Assembly (NCBI GenBank): GCA_965248695.1
Contig: CBDFKD010000002.1
Coordinates: 2,720,001-2,784,000 of the forward strand
Origin: Acidobacteriota bacterium
Lineage (GTDB): Bacteria; Acidobacteriota; UBA890; WLXD01
Direction of reading: 5' to 3'
DNA: 64,000 bases
Shown: piece after piece, positions 21,512-30,012 of the stretch
Numbering within the stretch: position 1 is the first letter of the stretch
Layout: each line of letters opens with the position of its first letter
Translations under genes and position numbers: made by a program
The notes under the pieces: model-generated
The model's database searches: none
What the model was told of the DNA's origin: nothing
Seen by the model: the letters and a program-made list of their open reading frames with translations, nothing else

Positions 21512-22540
21512 CTGAACCGCCGGCATTTTCTACAGACAAGTGCCTGCGGCTGCGCACTGCTGAGCGTGGGCGAGCTATCGCCACTGCTGGCCCCACGCAT
21601 GCGCGTGGGTCCCTTCGTACAGGAACTGCTCACGTACCGGCGCGCCACCCAGCTGCGACTCGTGCGTCAGGCCCAAGAGCTCGGTCTGGATGCCCTCGGC
21701 TTTTGCCTGTGGCCCATCGTGCCGGGGGGCGTGGAGATAATCCGCTACCCGGTGCCGTATGCCGGCTACGACCTGTCCCGGCCCACGGTGCCGTACCAGC
21801 GACGCCTGCACGAGACCGTGAGTGCCTCGGTGGCGGCCGGCATCCGGCCCTACGTCTACGGGCCGATGTTCCCGGACCTACGCCGTTACCACCCGATGTT
21901 CGAGCGCATGAGGTTCGGTGGCCGCGGCATCCGTGCGGCGGACTGGGCCACTTGGAGCCCGCTGGCGCACGATGCCTGGAGCCATTTCCTGTTGCGCATC
22001 CACGCCGAGTACGGCGACGCACTCCGCTACGTGGATGGGGTGGAGCCATTCACGCGCTACCTGCCGCCGCCGCCGAACCACTTCACGGCTCAGATGAGGC
22101 AGGCGCTCCCGGGCATCCTGTCGGCGGGCATCCACGAGCGTCACTTTAACCCCGGCGACTCCGACATCCCGCATGCCCGCGTCGTGGCTTCCGACGGCTG
22201 GGGCCGCAGCACGCGGCGCTGGCACTGGGGCCGCCCGACAACAGGGACGGGGCCTGTTCACCGCCCCTTGGCGGGCCTACCGGGCGATCGTGCTTCCCCA
22301 TCCGATCAACGCGGCGCCGAGGCCCAGGTGGCCCAGTACTTCGTCACCACGGCTCGGGTGGCCTGGTCACAGGGGGCCCGGATGTTCCTGGTGCTGCACA
22401 CGGCGGGCTGGTCGGTGGCCAACGGAAAGGAAGCGAAGGCGCAGGCGGCCAACCCGGACAACTACCAGGGACACCCCGCGGTGGTGAGCCTGCACGCGCC
22501 ACCGTTCGGGCGCATCTACCAGGAGCTCGCGGCGGCATGA
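21512..22540 (+). CDS. Phage hypothetical protein with twin-arginine-like N-terminus
   Basis: NRRHFLQTSACGCALL; open frame to 22540, coupled to the next gene; start codon uncertain. Confidence 0.6.
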   Translation: MNRRHFLQTSACGCALLSVGELSPLLAPRMRVGPFVQELLTYRRATQLRLVRQAQELGLDALGFCLWPIVPGGVEIIRYPVPYAGYDLSRPTVPYQRRLHETVSASVAAGIRPYVYGPMFPDLRRYHPMFERMRFGGRGIRAADWATWSPLAHDAWSHFLLRIHAEYGDALRYVDGVEPFTRYLPPPPNHFTAQMRQALPGILSAGIHERHFNPGDSDIPHARVVASDGWGRSTRRWHWGRPTTGTGPVHRPLAGLPGDRASPSDQRGAEAQVAQYFVTTARVAWSQGARMFLVLHTAGWSVANGKEAKAQAANPDNYQGHPAVVSLHAPPFGRIYQELAAA

Positions 22541-22857
22541 GCGAGCAGCGGCAAGGTCGAGTCGAGGAATGCCTGCTCCAGGTGAGCAAGGAGCTTGCGG
22601 GCCTCAAAGGCAGCACCAAGGCAGCTATCGGGAAGCTCAGTGGTGAGGTAGAAACGCTCAACGAGCGGCTATTTCTGGGCAACGGCGGCAAGAGCATGAT
22701 GGCTCGCATGGAGCGGCTTGAGCAGTCCCAGATGACCAGAGAGCAGATCGAGCAGGTGGAGGCGGATCGTCGCTGGCACGTGAGGCACCTGTGGGCGGCG
22801 ATCGGAGCCGTGGTGGCCACGATCGTAGCCGGTTGGATCTTCGGAGGAGGGAGCTGA
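22537..22857 (+). CDS. Phage membrane protein (coiled coil plus C-terminal TM, hemolysin/holin-like)
   Basis: NGGKSMMARMERLEQ followed by LWAAIGAVVATIVAGWIF. Confidence 0.6.
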   Translation: MSEQRQGRVEECLLQVSKELAGLKGSTKAAIGKLSGEVETLNERLFLGNGGKSMMARMERLEQSQMTREQIEQVEADRRWHVRHLWAAIGAVVATIVAGWIFGGGS

Positions 22858-23063
22858 TGATGACTGAAGTTTCGTTGTCCCAACGTGTAATGAAGCATCT
22901 GGGCCCGTGGCAGCGCGCGCAGTCGCTCGCAGTGCGGATCGCCAAGGCGGTGGTGCTGGTGTGCCTAGCGTTTGGCGTGGTGTTCGCCGGCTTCTTCGGC
23001 AAGGTGCTGATCGTCGTCGTGCTGCTCGGCTGGGCGGCGCTGGCGGTGCTGGTGGGGCTATGA
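22857..23063 (+). CDS. Small two-TM protein, candidate holin
   Basis: Two hydrophobic helices, Met-Met dual start, position before the lysin. Confidence 0.5.
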   Translation: MMTEVSLSQRVMKHLGPWQRAQSLAVRIAKAVVLVCLAFGVVFAGFFGKVLIVVVLLGWAALAVLVGL

Positions 23064-23094
23064 GACTCGCCGGCCTGCTCGCCTGGGGGCTGCC

Positions 23095-23986
23095 ATGAGA
23101 GCGGCGCTCACGCTTCTGAGCCTGGCCATCTTCGGGGTGGCACTGGTATCGGCCGCCGGGGCGATGCTGACGCAGGAGTCCGCCCTGGGGCCCGTGCCCA
23201 GCGACTACGGCATCGTGCTGCACTCCCTGGGCGGCAAGTTCGTCGTCATCGCGGCAGCCGTGGTGTTCCTCATGATGCTCGACGCGATCTTTATGCCGTA
23301 CCTGAGAATCGAGGATGCGTTCTATTGCCGTGAGCCGTGGTCGAGCATGCCGCCCGAGGTACGAGGGGCGTTCATCTGGGGCTGGTTCACCGTCTTTGCC
23401 GCGATCATCCTCGGGTTCGCCTGGGGTGGGTCGTGGTGGACGCTGGGTCTGGAGTCGCAGAAATCGGGGAATATCATTACTTGCCCTCTCGCAGCCGGCG
23501 GCCCTACTGGCCATCTTCGCTGTTGAGGTACAGCTGGCCGACGTGCGGGAGTGGTCCGATCGGCTTGCTGCACAGATCCAAGTGGAGTCGGCCTGGCGAC
23601 CCGAGGCGCGCTCGAAGTATGCGGCAGGGCTAGCCCAGTTCACCCCGGCGACGTGGAGCGACATCGCCCCGTACACCGAGCCGTCATGTGCCGGCGCCCC
23701 CGAGACCGACCCGGCCTGCTCCGTACGGTCCCAGATCGTGTACATGCGCCGGCTGCTATCCCGCTACCGATTCTCCGCCACCGAGGCGGAGCAGTGGGCC
23801 TTCGCCTGGGCTGCCTACAACGGCGGGCCGGGGTGGATCAGTCGCGAGAAGACACGCTGCAAGAGACAGCCCGGTTGCTCGCCCGGCCGCTGGTTCGGCC
23901 ATGTGGAGCGGCACTGCCTTCGGGCCAACTGGGCGTGCCGGGAAAACCGCGCTTACCCGCGCAAGATCCTCGCACGGCTGCCGTGA
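23095..23986 (+). CDS. Endolysin: lytic transglycosylase (SLT) with upstream multi-TM region; appears frameshifted between ~23430 and 23520
   Basis: AAQIQVESAW, AGLAQFTPATW, AAYNGGPG, ENRAYPRKI; TM ORF 23095-23526 overlaps the SLT frame. Confidence 0.8.
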
Positions 23987-24060
23987 GGGTTAGGCTTCGA
24001 GCGGCGCCGACCGGATAAGTTCTTGTCCCTCAATCACTTACGTGCCCCTTCGAAGCAAGC

Positions 24061-24753
24061 ATGAGACTCCGCACCGCCATCCCGATCATCGCGCTGGCAG
24101 CCCTTGCGGGCTTCGGCGTCGGATGGTGGCACTTCGCACCCTCGCTGCTGTCGCCTGAGGGGCTGCTGGGGCTGGCCTCGGGCCTACTGGAGCAGCAGCG
24201 CCGCGAGTCGCTGGCCGAGTACGAGGCAATGCAGGCGGAGCACGAGGAGCAGATCGCCGCCTATGAGGCCCACCTTTCCGCCACTGAAGAAGCGCTCGGC
24301 CAACTCAGTCTCCGGCTCGCCGAGCGCAATGCAGAGGCGGTCGAGGCGGAGCAGGCCCTCGGGCGCACTCTCCAGCTGGCGGCACAGCGCGAGGCGCAGC
24401 TACGCGACGAGATCTTGGAGGCCGCTCCCGAGGTCGAGGCACCTTTAGAGGAGCTACAGGTACAGCACCGCGGCGTGGTGAAGGGGTTCGAGCTACGGGT
24501 CAAGGCGCTGCAGCAGAGCGTTGAGACCCGCGACCAGCTGATCGTGAACCTGGGGGAACAGCTCGACGCCACTCGCCAGCTATACGAGACAACGCAAGCG
24601 CGGCTCGACCTGGCGGAGGCGCGGCGTAAGAGCCTCGAAGGCCGGCGCGTGCGGATCGCTTGGCCTGCCGTGCTGATCGGCGGGATACGCGACTTGAGCG
24701 GCACAGATGGTTGGAGGGCTGGTGTCGCCGTCGGGATCGCGATTACCTGGTAG
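24061..24753 (+). CDS. Rz/spanin-like protein (N-terminal TM plus long coiled coil)
   Basis: Follows the endolysin; TM then helical heptads; hydrophobic C-terminus. Confidence 0.55.
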   Translation: MRLRTAIPIIALAALAGFGVGWWHFAPSLLSPEGLLGLASGLLEQQRRESLAEYEAMQAEHEEQIAAYEAHLSATEEALGQLSLRLAERNAEAVEAEQALGRTLQLAAQREAQLRDEILEAAPEVEAPLEELQVQHRGVVKGFELRVKALQQSVETRDQLIVNLGEQLDATRQLYETTQARLDLAEARRKSLEGRRVRIAWPAVLIGGIRDLSGTDGWRAGVAVGIAITW

Positions 24754-24777
24754 GCGGCGTACTGGCCTAGCAGGTTT

Positions 24778-25002
24778 TCACCGCACAATGTCCTTATCGG
24801 GATCGAGCTCGCGCTCGGCACGCTCGATCAGCCTGCGTACATCGACGCGCTCTTCCTCCATGATCGCACCTGCTTCGAGAAGCCGCTTCAGGCGGCGTGC
24901 GATCGCCGCAAGAGCTTCGGCTTTGCCGTCCTTGTGATACCTGGTCGAAGGCGTCGTCTCACCCGGCATCGGATATTTCGTCGTCGTGGTTGGTGTCTGC
25001 AT
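24778..25002 (-). CDS. Phage hypothetical protein
   Basis: GGAGGAAG RBS before ATG at 25002. Confidence 0.45.
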   Translation of the reverse strand: MQTPTTTTKYPMPGETTPSTRYHKDGKAEALAAIARRLKRLLEAGAIMEEERVDVRRLIERAERELDPDKDIVR

Positions 25003-25270
25003 TTCTTCCTCCGTCTCGCGCTCCGGCCACAGCGTCGACCTTGTCCATGATGCGGCGCAGCACGGCTGCACGGATAGGCTCCGGCGTGCGGAGTCCGGTC
25101 CGATACCGCGACAACGTCATCACGGCAACGTTGCCGTCCAGCCCCATGCGCTCGAGCTCGCGGTTCATCAGGAACTGAAGATCCTTGAGCATCATCGGCC
25201 GCCAGGGTTTGCTCGGCGATCGATGACGCTGCATCCACGCCTTGAGCTCGTCGGGACTCGGAGGCTTCAT
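24959..25270 (-). CDS. XRE-like HTH protein
   Basis: VAVMTLSRYRTGLRTPEP recognition-helix pattern. Confidence 0.55.
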   Translation of the reverse strand: MKPPSPDELKAWMQRHRSPSKPWRPMMLKDLQFLMNRELERMGLDGNVAVMTLSRYRTGLRTPEPIRAAVLRRIMDKVDAVAGARDGGRNADTNHDDEISDAG

Positions 25271-25366
25271 GGCCAACAGTCTAGGTCTCCCGCCAGGGCC
25301 ATCGCCGCTCTCTGCGTCTCCAGTATACCGGCACCTATCGCTGTATCCGATGCAGGTCACGGAACC

Positions 25367-25813
25367 TCACATAAGCCCCCGGTCCCGCAGCGACACCCAC
25401 TGCCCGCCATCGGGGCCGGTGCCGATGATGATGTGGTCCAGGACACGGATATCGATGAGCTCGCCCGCCTCCATCAGCCGGCGAGTGGTCGACACATCCG
25501 CCTGGGACGGCGTGATGTCGCCGGACGGATGGTTGTGAGCGAGGATGATCGCTGCAGCGCCCGCGTACAGGGCGGCGGTCAGGATCTCCCGAGGGGCCGC
25601 TGCCGCCTGGTCGAACCCGCCCTCCGAGACGACCTCGTAGCCGATCGGCTGGAGCTTCGTGTTCAGCCAGAGCGCCACCAAGCGTTCCTTCGCGGTCTGC
25701 TGCGGAATGGCTTCGACGGCGAACGCGGCCGCGATTGCAGGATCGGTCATCGGCCCTGACATCGGCGCGACCGCATCGCTGGCGAACACTAGCTGAAACC
25801 TCTTGATCTCCAT
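25367..25813 (-). CDS. radC: RadC-like JAB-domain protein
   Basis: KERLVALWLN, PREIL, IILAHNHPSGDITPSQAD, VLDHIIIG. Confidence 0.9.
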   Translation of the reverse strand: MEIKRFQLVFASDAVAPMSGPMTDPAIAAAFAVEAIPQQTAKERLVALWLNTKLQPIGYEVVSEGGFDQAAAAPREILTAALYAGAAAIILAHNHPSGDITPSQADVSTTRRLMEAGELIDIRVLDHIIIGTGPDGGQWVSLRDRGLM

Positions 25814-25840
25814 CGACTGTCTCCAACTTTCCGTGTCTTC

Positions 25841-25882
25841 TATAATGTATTCACTATACCGACGTATAATAAATAGTCAAGC
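25841..25882 (-). promoter_or_regulatory. Sigma70-like promoter for the radC operon with overlapping palindrome
   Basis: TTGACT-16 nt-TATAGT on the minus strand; palindrome TATAC-GTCG-GTATA overlaps the -10. Confidence 0.6.
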
Positions 25883-25948
25883 TAGAAATGGTGGATTCTC
25901 AAGAAAACAGGCGCGCATACCGCTGCCCTTACGAGCGGCGGGGTCAGG

Positions 25949-26179
25949 TCAGGACAGGCCGGACTCGAGCAACGCGCCGGCTCCTGCCGCCGTTGTGATG
26001 CCGTTCGGGGCGCAGCCTGGTGCCAATCCGGCAGGCCTACCCAGCAGAGCTTTGAGTTCCACCAACGACACGTCTGACGTGTCTGCAGTTTCTGTGGGCT
26101 TCCCCTTGGGCGTTGACGCCACGGCAGGGATCGCCGCCACCGCCATCACCACGGTGAGCGCGAGAATCCGTCTTAGCAT
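25949..26179 (-). CDS. Small secreted cargo protein
   Basis: GGAGGA RBS, signal peptide MLRRILALTVVMAVAAIPAVA. Confidence 0.5.
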   Translation of the reverse strand: MLRRILALTVVMAVAAIPAVASTPKGKPTETADTSDVSLVELKALLGRPAGLAPGCAPNGITTAAGAGALLESGLS

Positions 26180-26191
26180 GAAATTCCTCCC

Positions 26192-26419
26192 GGTTCATCG
26201 GTCCAGGTGGGGTTGTGGGCACGTACGCTCTTCATCGTCTGAACGTTCATGGGCTGTTCCCTCCTCACGGCAGCGACCTTGCCATCCACCTCACCTCGCC
26301 CACGAGCACCGCATCGTCAGGCCAGGGCTCAGCGGTCCAGGTGGGGTTATCGCTGACCAGCAGCCAGTCACGCCTGCCTTTGGCGGCGCGCTTCGCGTTC
26401 ATGCTGCCGCTGCCGTGAG
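26192..26419 (-). repeat. Relic cI S24 3'-end copies R3 (~26265-26410) and R4 (26192-26215), plus a duplicated start of the 28592 gene
   Basis: Translates AKRAAKGRRDWLLVSDNPTWTAEPWPDDAVLVGEVRWMARSLP*; 26215-26309 matches 28556-28651 with one indel. Confidence 0.85.
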
Positions 26420-26670
26420 ACCAGAACGTATCCAAGCGCGGTGTTGAAAGCTACGAGGAACCCGACGCCGGCACTAAACAAATTGCCGTTGGGTGCGAGC
26501 AGTTGTGCAATGGCTATCGTGGTGCAGGCAAGAAACAAGGACCCATGAAGTACGCGGAGCCAGTATGGATTCCGCGCGAGCCACTGGAACGAGCTGGTCG
26601 CCAGGTACAAAGCTGCGGGCAAAAGCACCGCGAAGCTCATCAATATTGCGACTGCGAACCAGTCGTTCAT
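26368..26670 (-). CDS. Three-TM membrane cargo protein
   Basis: Hydrophobic helices; lower GC than the phage backbone. Confidence 0.55.
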   Translation of the reverse strand: MNDWFAVAILMSFAVLLPAALYLATSSFQWLARNPYWLRVLHGSLFLACTTIAIAQLLAPNGNLFSAGVGFLVAFNTALGYVLVSRQRQHEREARRQRQA

Positions 26671-26738
26671 TCGGTATCGGCTGGCAAAGTTAGTCGCTGC
26701 GCCCTGGCCGCAGGTGCGCAGTTCGTTTCTCTCCCTAG

Positions 26739-27233
26739 CTATTCCCGATCATCGCCTACCGTAGCTTGGGGGGAGGAAGGTGCATCCACAGCCGCTTCAG
26801 TGGCTGGCGGTTCCTTGAGCGGCGTTTCGACTGAGATCGGCTTTGTCTGCGGTGCACCACCCTCATTCCGGCGCATCAGCACCAGCAGGACAACACCGAT
26901 CAAGATCAGCGCGGGTACATCGCCGATAAGGTTGGCCGACTCCGCAGGGTCGTTGAGTGCCTGCCAGGCCATCAGTAGTCCATGTGCCAAGCTTGACCAC
27001 GCGGCAAAAGCGATCAGGCTGGTGTGCTCGGTCGGGTTTCGCGACGCCCTAAGCAAGAATACGCCCAGCACCGCGAATGTAAGGAGGATCATCTGTTCGT
27101 ACTCGGCCTGGCGAGGCTCCCACATGAACCCTGCCGGCCAAACGACCGTGAGCGGATACAGCCCGACGATAAAGATAACTCCGACGACCGTGAGTACTAT
27201 GCTCAATGTTGATCGCTGACTGCCGATAGCCAT
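26739..27233 (-). CDS. DUF6632-like membrane protein (cargo)
   Basis: WPAGFMW..YEQMIL..LGVFLLRASRNP..HTSLIAFAAWSSLAHG; GGAGG RBS. Confidence 0.7.
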   Translation of the reverse strand: MAIGSQRSTLSIVLTVVGVIFIVGLYPLTVVWPAGFMWEPRQAEYEQMILLTFAVLGVFLLRASRNPTEHTSLIAFAAWSSLAHGLLMAWQALNDPAESANLIGDVPALILIGVVLLVLMRRNEGGAPQTKPISVETPLKEPPATEAAVDAPSSPQATVGDDRE

Positions 27234-27409
27234 CTCTCTGCCTCCATTGCTGCTAGCTACTAGCCGATACAGAACAGGATCCGATAGTTGCCAACTCGTA
27301 GTTGCCGATACGTACTGCTGGTCAACTGGTGTTGTTGTCGAGTCTGTAGCCTCCCTATTCGTTCACCGATCCTCGGGGTGAGGTCAGCCAGTAGAGTGTA
27401 GAGTCTCCT

Positions 27410-28159
27410 CTAGCCGCCCGATCTCCCTTCAGGACCTCGACGCGGTCGCTCTCGACGCAGCAGCTTGAGCAGGTACCGATCGGGTTCTTCGACCTCGTTC
27501 AGGTGCCGGCGCGCTTTCCTTGCGAAGCGTTCAGCATCCTCATTGGTCCACTGTCGATTTGCCCCGCGCCCGTGTCGATTCGCCTCTCCGCGCCAGATGG
27601 TCAGCGCCGCGTAGCCCCAGAGACCAGCGATTGCAGAGCGAACCTCATCCACGAAAATGACGTCTGGATTCTGCTCCAAGAATCTCTCAAACCGACAAGC
27701 TTCGTCGATGAGCACTCGCACGGGCTTTCCGTCGCTTTCGATGTACTCCCCCTCCCAGACCAGCCTCTTCCACCTAAACCACGGAACGTGCTTGCCGTCA
27801 GGGAACTCCTCCAGGTACCCATCAATGAGTCGAAGATGGGGCGTGCGGTCCTTCCAGCCATGAACGAGCCCCTGGACATCTAGCGCCTTCTTGTAGGCGT
27901 CTTCCCGGTCCGAGATGGCCTCCACGGTCGCTATGGCCTCGGAATTCTCCGCTGCCATTAGCTGCACCGTTTCTGCTGACATCGGCCACGGGTTGGCCAG
28001 AAGGTCAGCCGTCAGGCGCTTCATTTCCTCCACGCTCCTCGCAAGAGCATCCTCACCGGCGGGTGGTGCCTGGGCGGGCGCGAGCATGGCTGCGAGGACC
28101 AGGCAGATCGACACTGCCCGAACGGGCGTGGTGGACAACAGCTCTCGTAGGTTTGCCAT
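27410..28159 (-). CDS. Hypothetical exported helical (TPR-like) cargo protein
   Basis: Signal-like segment; YLEEFPDG and FLEQNPD TPR/BamD-like motifs. Confidence 0.55.
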   Translation of the reverse strand: MANLRELLSTTPVRAVSICLVLAAMLAPAQAPPAGEDALARSVEEMKRLTADLLANPWPMSAETVQLMAAENSEAIATVEAISDREDAYKKALDVQGLVHGWKDRTPHLRLIDGYLEEFPDGKHVPWFRWKRLVWEGEYIESDGKPVRVLIDEACRFERFLEQNPDVIFVDEVRSAIAGLWGYAALTIWRGEANRHGRGANRQWTNEDAERFARKARRHLNEVEEPDRYLLKLLRRERPRRGPEGRSGG

Positions 28160-28191
28160 TACATCCTCGCTGCTAGATAGCGGGCCCTTTC

Positions 28192-28350
28192 TCACGGCAG
28201 CGTCCTCGCCATCCACCTCACCTCGCCCACTAGCACCGCATCGTCAGGCCAGGGCTGCTCGTTGGTCCAGGTGGGGTTGTCGCTGACCAGCAGCCAGGTG
28301 TGGTTGGGGCCCTTGGCGGCGCGCTTCACGACCAAGCTCTCGTCTTTGAG
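28192..28350 (-). repeat. Relic cI S24 3'-end copy R2
   Basis: DESLVVKRAAKGPNHTWLLVSDNPTWTNEQPWPDDAVLVGEVRWMARTLP*. Confidence 0.85.
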
Positions 28351-28592
28351 CTTACGCGGGGCCATCTCTTTGCGATCCGGTGTCGGGCCTTCTGACCGCC
28401 GACATAACTCTCGACGTAGCCGCAAGCGACGCAGACGTAGTTGTCCAGCGCAACGCTCCCAAAGTACAGCCCACCGATTGGGATGGTGTTCGAGCCCATA
28501 GTCCCGGTCTTGCTAAAGACGTTCGCGCCACTGTGCACCTCTTCGGAACCGCAACGTGGGCACGTACCGCTCTTCATCGTCTGAACGTTCAT
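28326..28592 (-). CDS. Small zinc-ribbon cargo protein
   Basis: MKSGTCPRCGS...YVCVACGYVESY; GGAGGG RBS directly after the relic stop. Confidence 0.75.
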   Translation of the reverse strand: MNVQTMKSGTCPRCGSEEVHSGANVFSKTGTMGSNTIPIGGLYFGSVALDNYVCVACGYVESYVGGQKARHRIAKRWPRVSSKTRAWS

Positions 28593-28606
28593 GGGCTGTT
28601 CCCTCC

Positions 28607-28680
28607 TCACGGCAGCGACCTTGCCATCCACCTCACCTCGCCCACGAGCACGGCGTCGTCGGGCGAAGGGATTGGGTGGG
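28607..28680 (-). repeat. Relic cI S24 3'-end copy R1, immediately after the resident cI stop
   Basis: PDDAVLVGEVRWMARSLP*. Confidence 0.85.
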
Positions 28681-28681
28681 C

Positions 28682-29536
28682 TCACAGCAGTATCTTCCCC
28701 GTCCAAGCGACCTGCCCGAGGATCTTGGCTTCCCGTGGCAGGCCTAGGGTCGGGTACTCGGACTTGTCCGGGTTGTCACTGGCGAGCGCCCAGGCTCCCT
28801 GATCGTTCCGCATCAGCCGCTTGACGACGCTGCCGTCCTCGGTCCACACGGCGAAGATGCGGTCATGGATCAGAGTGGTGCGCCGATGATCGACCAGGAT
28901 CATCGCTCCGTCCTCGATGCCCGGCACCATCGACTCACCCCATACCTCGAAGGCGTTGCAGTGCTCGGGAAACAGCCCGTGCCGGTTCGACCACACCGTC
29001 GGGAAGGCGATGTAGCCGGTGACCTTCTCGGTGATGAAGGCTCCCGCGCCAGCGGCAATGCCAACGTCGCCGCGTCTCGGGAAGACGCTGAAGTCGTGCT
29101 CGAAGGTGGCCAGACGGGGGTTGCCAGCGTAGTCCTCAGGGAGAGGGATGGGGGCGACGTTGCCGTCCGAGAGGTCGTCGGCGGGCGGCGGCAGGCGCGA
29201 GAGGATGTCGGCGTACTGCGCGTGCAGTTCCTCGCGTAGCGCTTCGGTCTTGGCTCGCAGCGCCGCCAGCTCGTCGCGGCTCGGTTCGTCGCTGGCGTCA
29301 CTATCGCGCGCCTCCAGCTGCGGCTCGGAGCCGTTGCGCGGCGGGCCGACGTAGAACTCCAGGCCCAGGGCGTCGCAGAGGGCCTGAATAGTCGATCCAC
29401 GGAGATCCAGTCCACGTTTCAAGCTCCGGACGGCGCTTTCGTGCCCCACTGCCGCGATAGATACCTCCCTGGCAGAACGGTTGCTTCGCTCCAGGGCTGC
29501 CAGGATTTCAGCGGGGTACTTAGCCGAGTAGGTCAT
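28682..29536 (-). CDS. Phage CI-like repressor (HTH plus S24 autopeptidase)
   Basis: N-terminal HTH, AAGAG cleavage site, GESM (Ser) and VVKRL (Lys), SDNP; divergent from the cro-like gene. Confidence 0.9.
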   Translation of the reverse strand: MTYSAKYPAEILAALERSNRSAREVSIAAVGHESAVRSLKRGLDLRGSTIQALCDALGLEFYVGPPRNGSEPQLEARDSDASDEPSRDELAALRAKTEALREELHAQYADILSRLPPPADDLSDGNVAPIPLPEDYAGNPRLATFEHDFSVFPRRGDVGIAAGAGAFITEKVTGYIAFPTVWSNRHGLFPEHCNAFEVWGESMVPGIEDGAMILVDHRRTTLIHDRIFAVWTEDGSVVKRLMRNDQGAWALASDNPDKSEYPTLGLPREAKILGQVAWTGKILL

Positions 29537-29613
29537 ACGGTCCCTACCTATACCACTAATTTTTGCATCGGGCTTCACTCGACTTCGGGGTTTTATGCCC
29601 TATTCTCTGGGGC

Positions 29614-29868
29614 ATGAACTCCCTAGAAGCGAATCTCGTTGCACTCGCCGAAACCTACGCCTCGCACCGAAGTGTGACCTTGTGGAGGGTCGGTCACCAG
29701 GCAGCGAACCGTGGGTCGTTCTTCGTCGATCTGAAAGGCCAGAAGCGCCACTGCCAGACCAATACGTATAGCCGCGTTCTCCAGTGGTTCTCAGACCACT
29801 GGCCGGCCGACCTGGAATGGCCGGCGGAGATCCAGCGCCCGGAGCCGCGGCAGGGAGAGGCGGCGTGA
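29614..29868 (+). CDS. Cro-like phage regulator
   Basis: Divergent from cI; LAETYA..GSFF..LQWFSDHWPADLEWP. Confidence 0.75.
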   Translation: MNSLEANLVALAETYASHRSVTLWRVGHQAANRGSFFVDLKGQKRHCQTNTYSRVLQWFSDHWPADLEWPAEIQRPEPRQGEAA

Positions 29869-30012
29869 GCGGTGCGCGGCTTCGCGATCGTCGTTTGCTC
29901 GCAGTTTTCGGCCGATGGGTCTGGAGAGCGATCTGCTGGAAGCGCCGTCTTCACGGTCGCGTCGAGCGAGCACTCGGGATCTACGAACTACGGCGCTCTC
30001 GGCGCGACACCC

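Noticed and set aside
26192-28680. Repeats as a CRISPR array or classical integron attC array
   Set aside because: Repeats are long, unequal and protein-derived; spacers are whole genes; no cas genes, IntI or GTTRRRY/RYYYAAC cores seen
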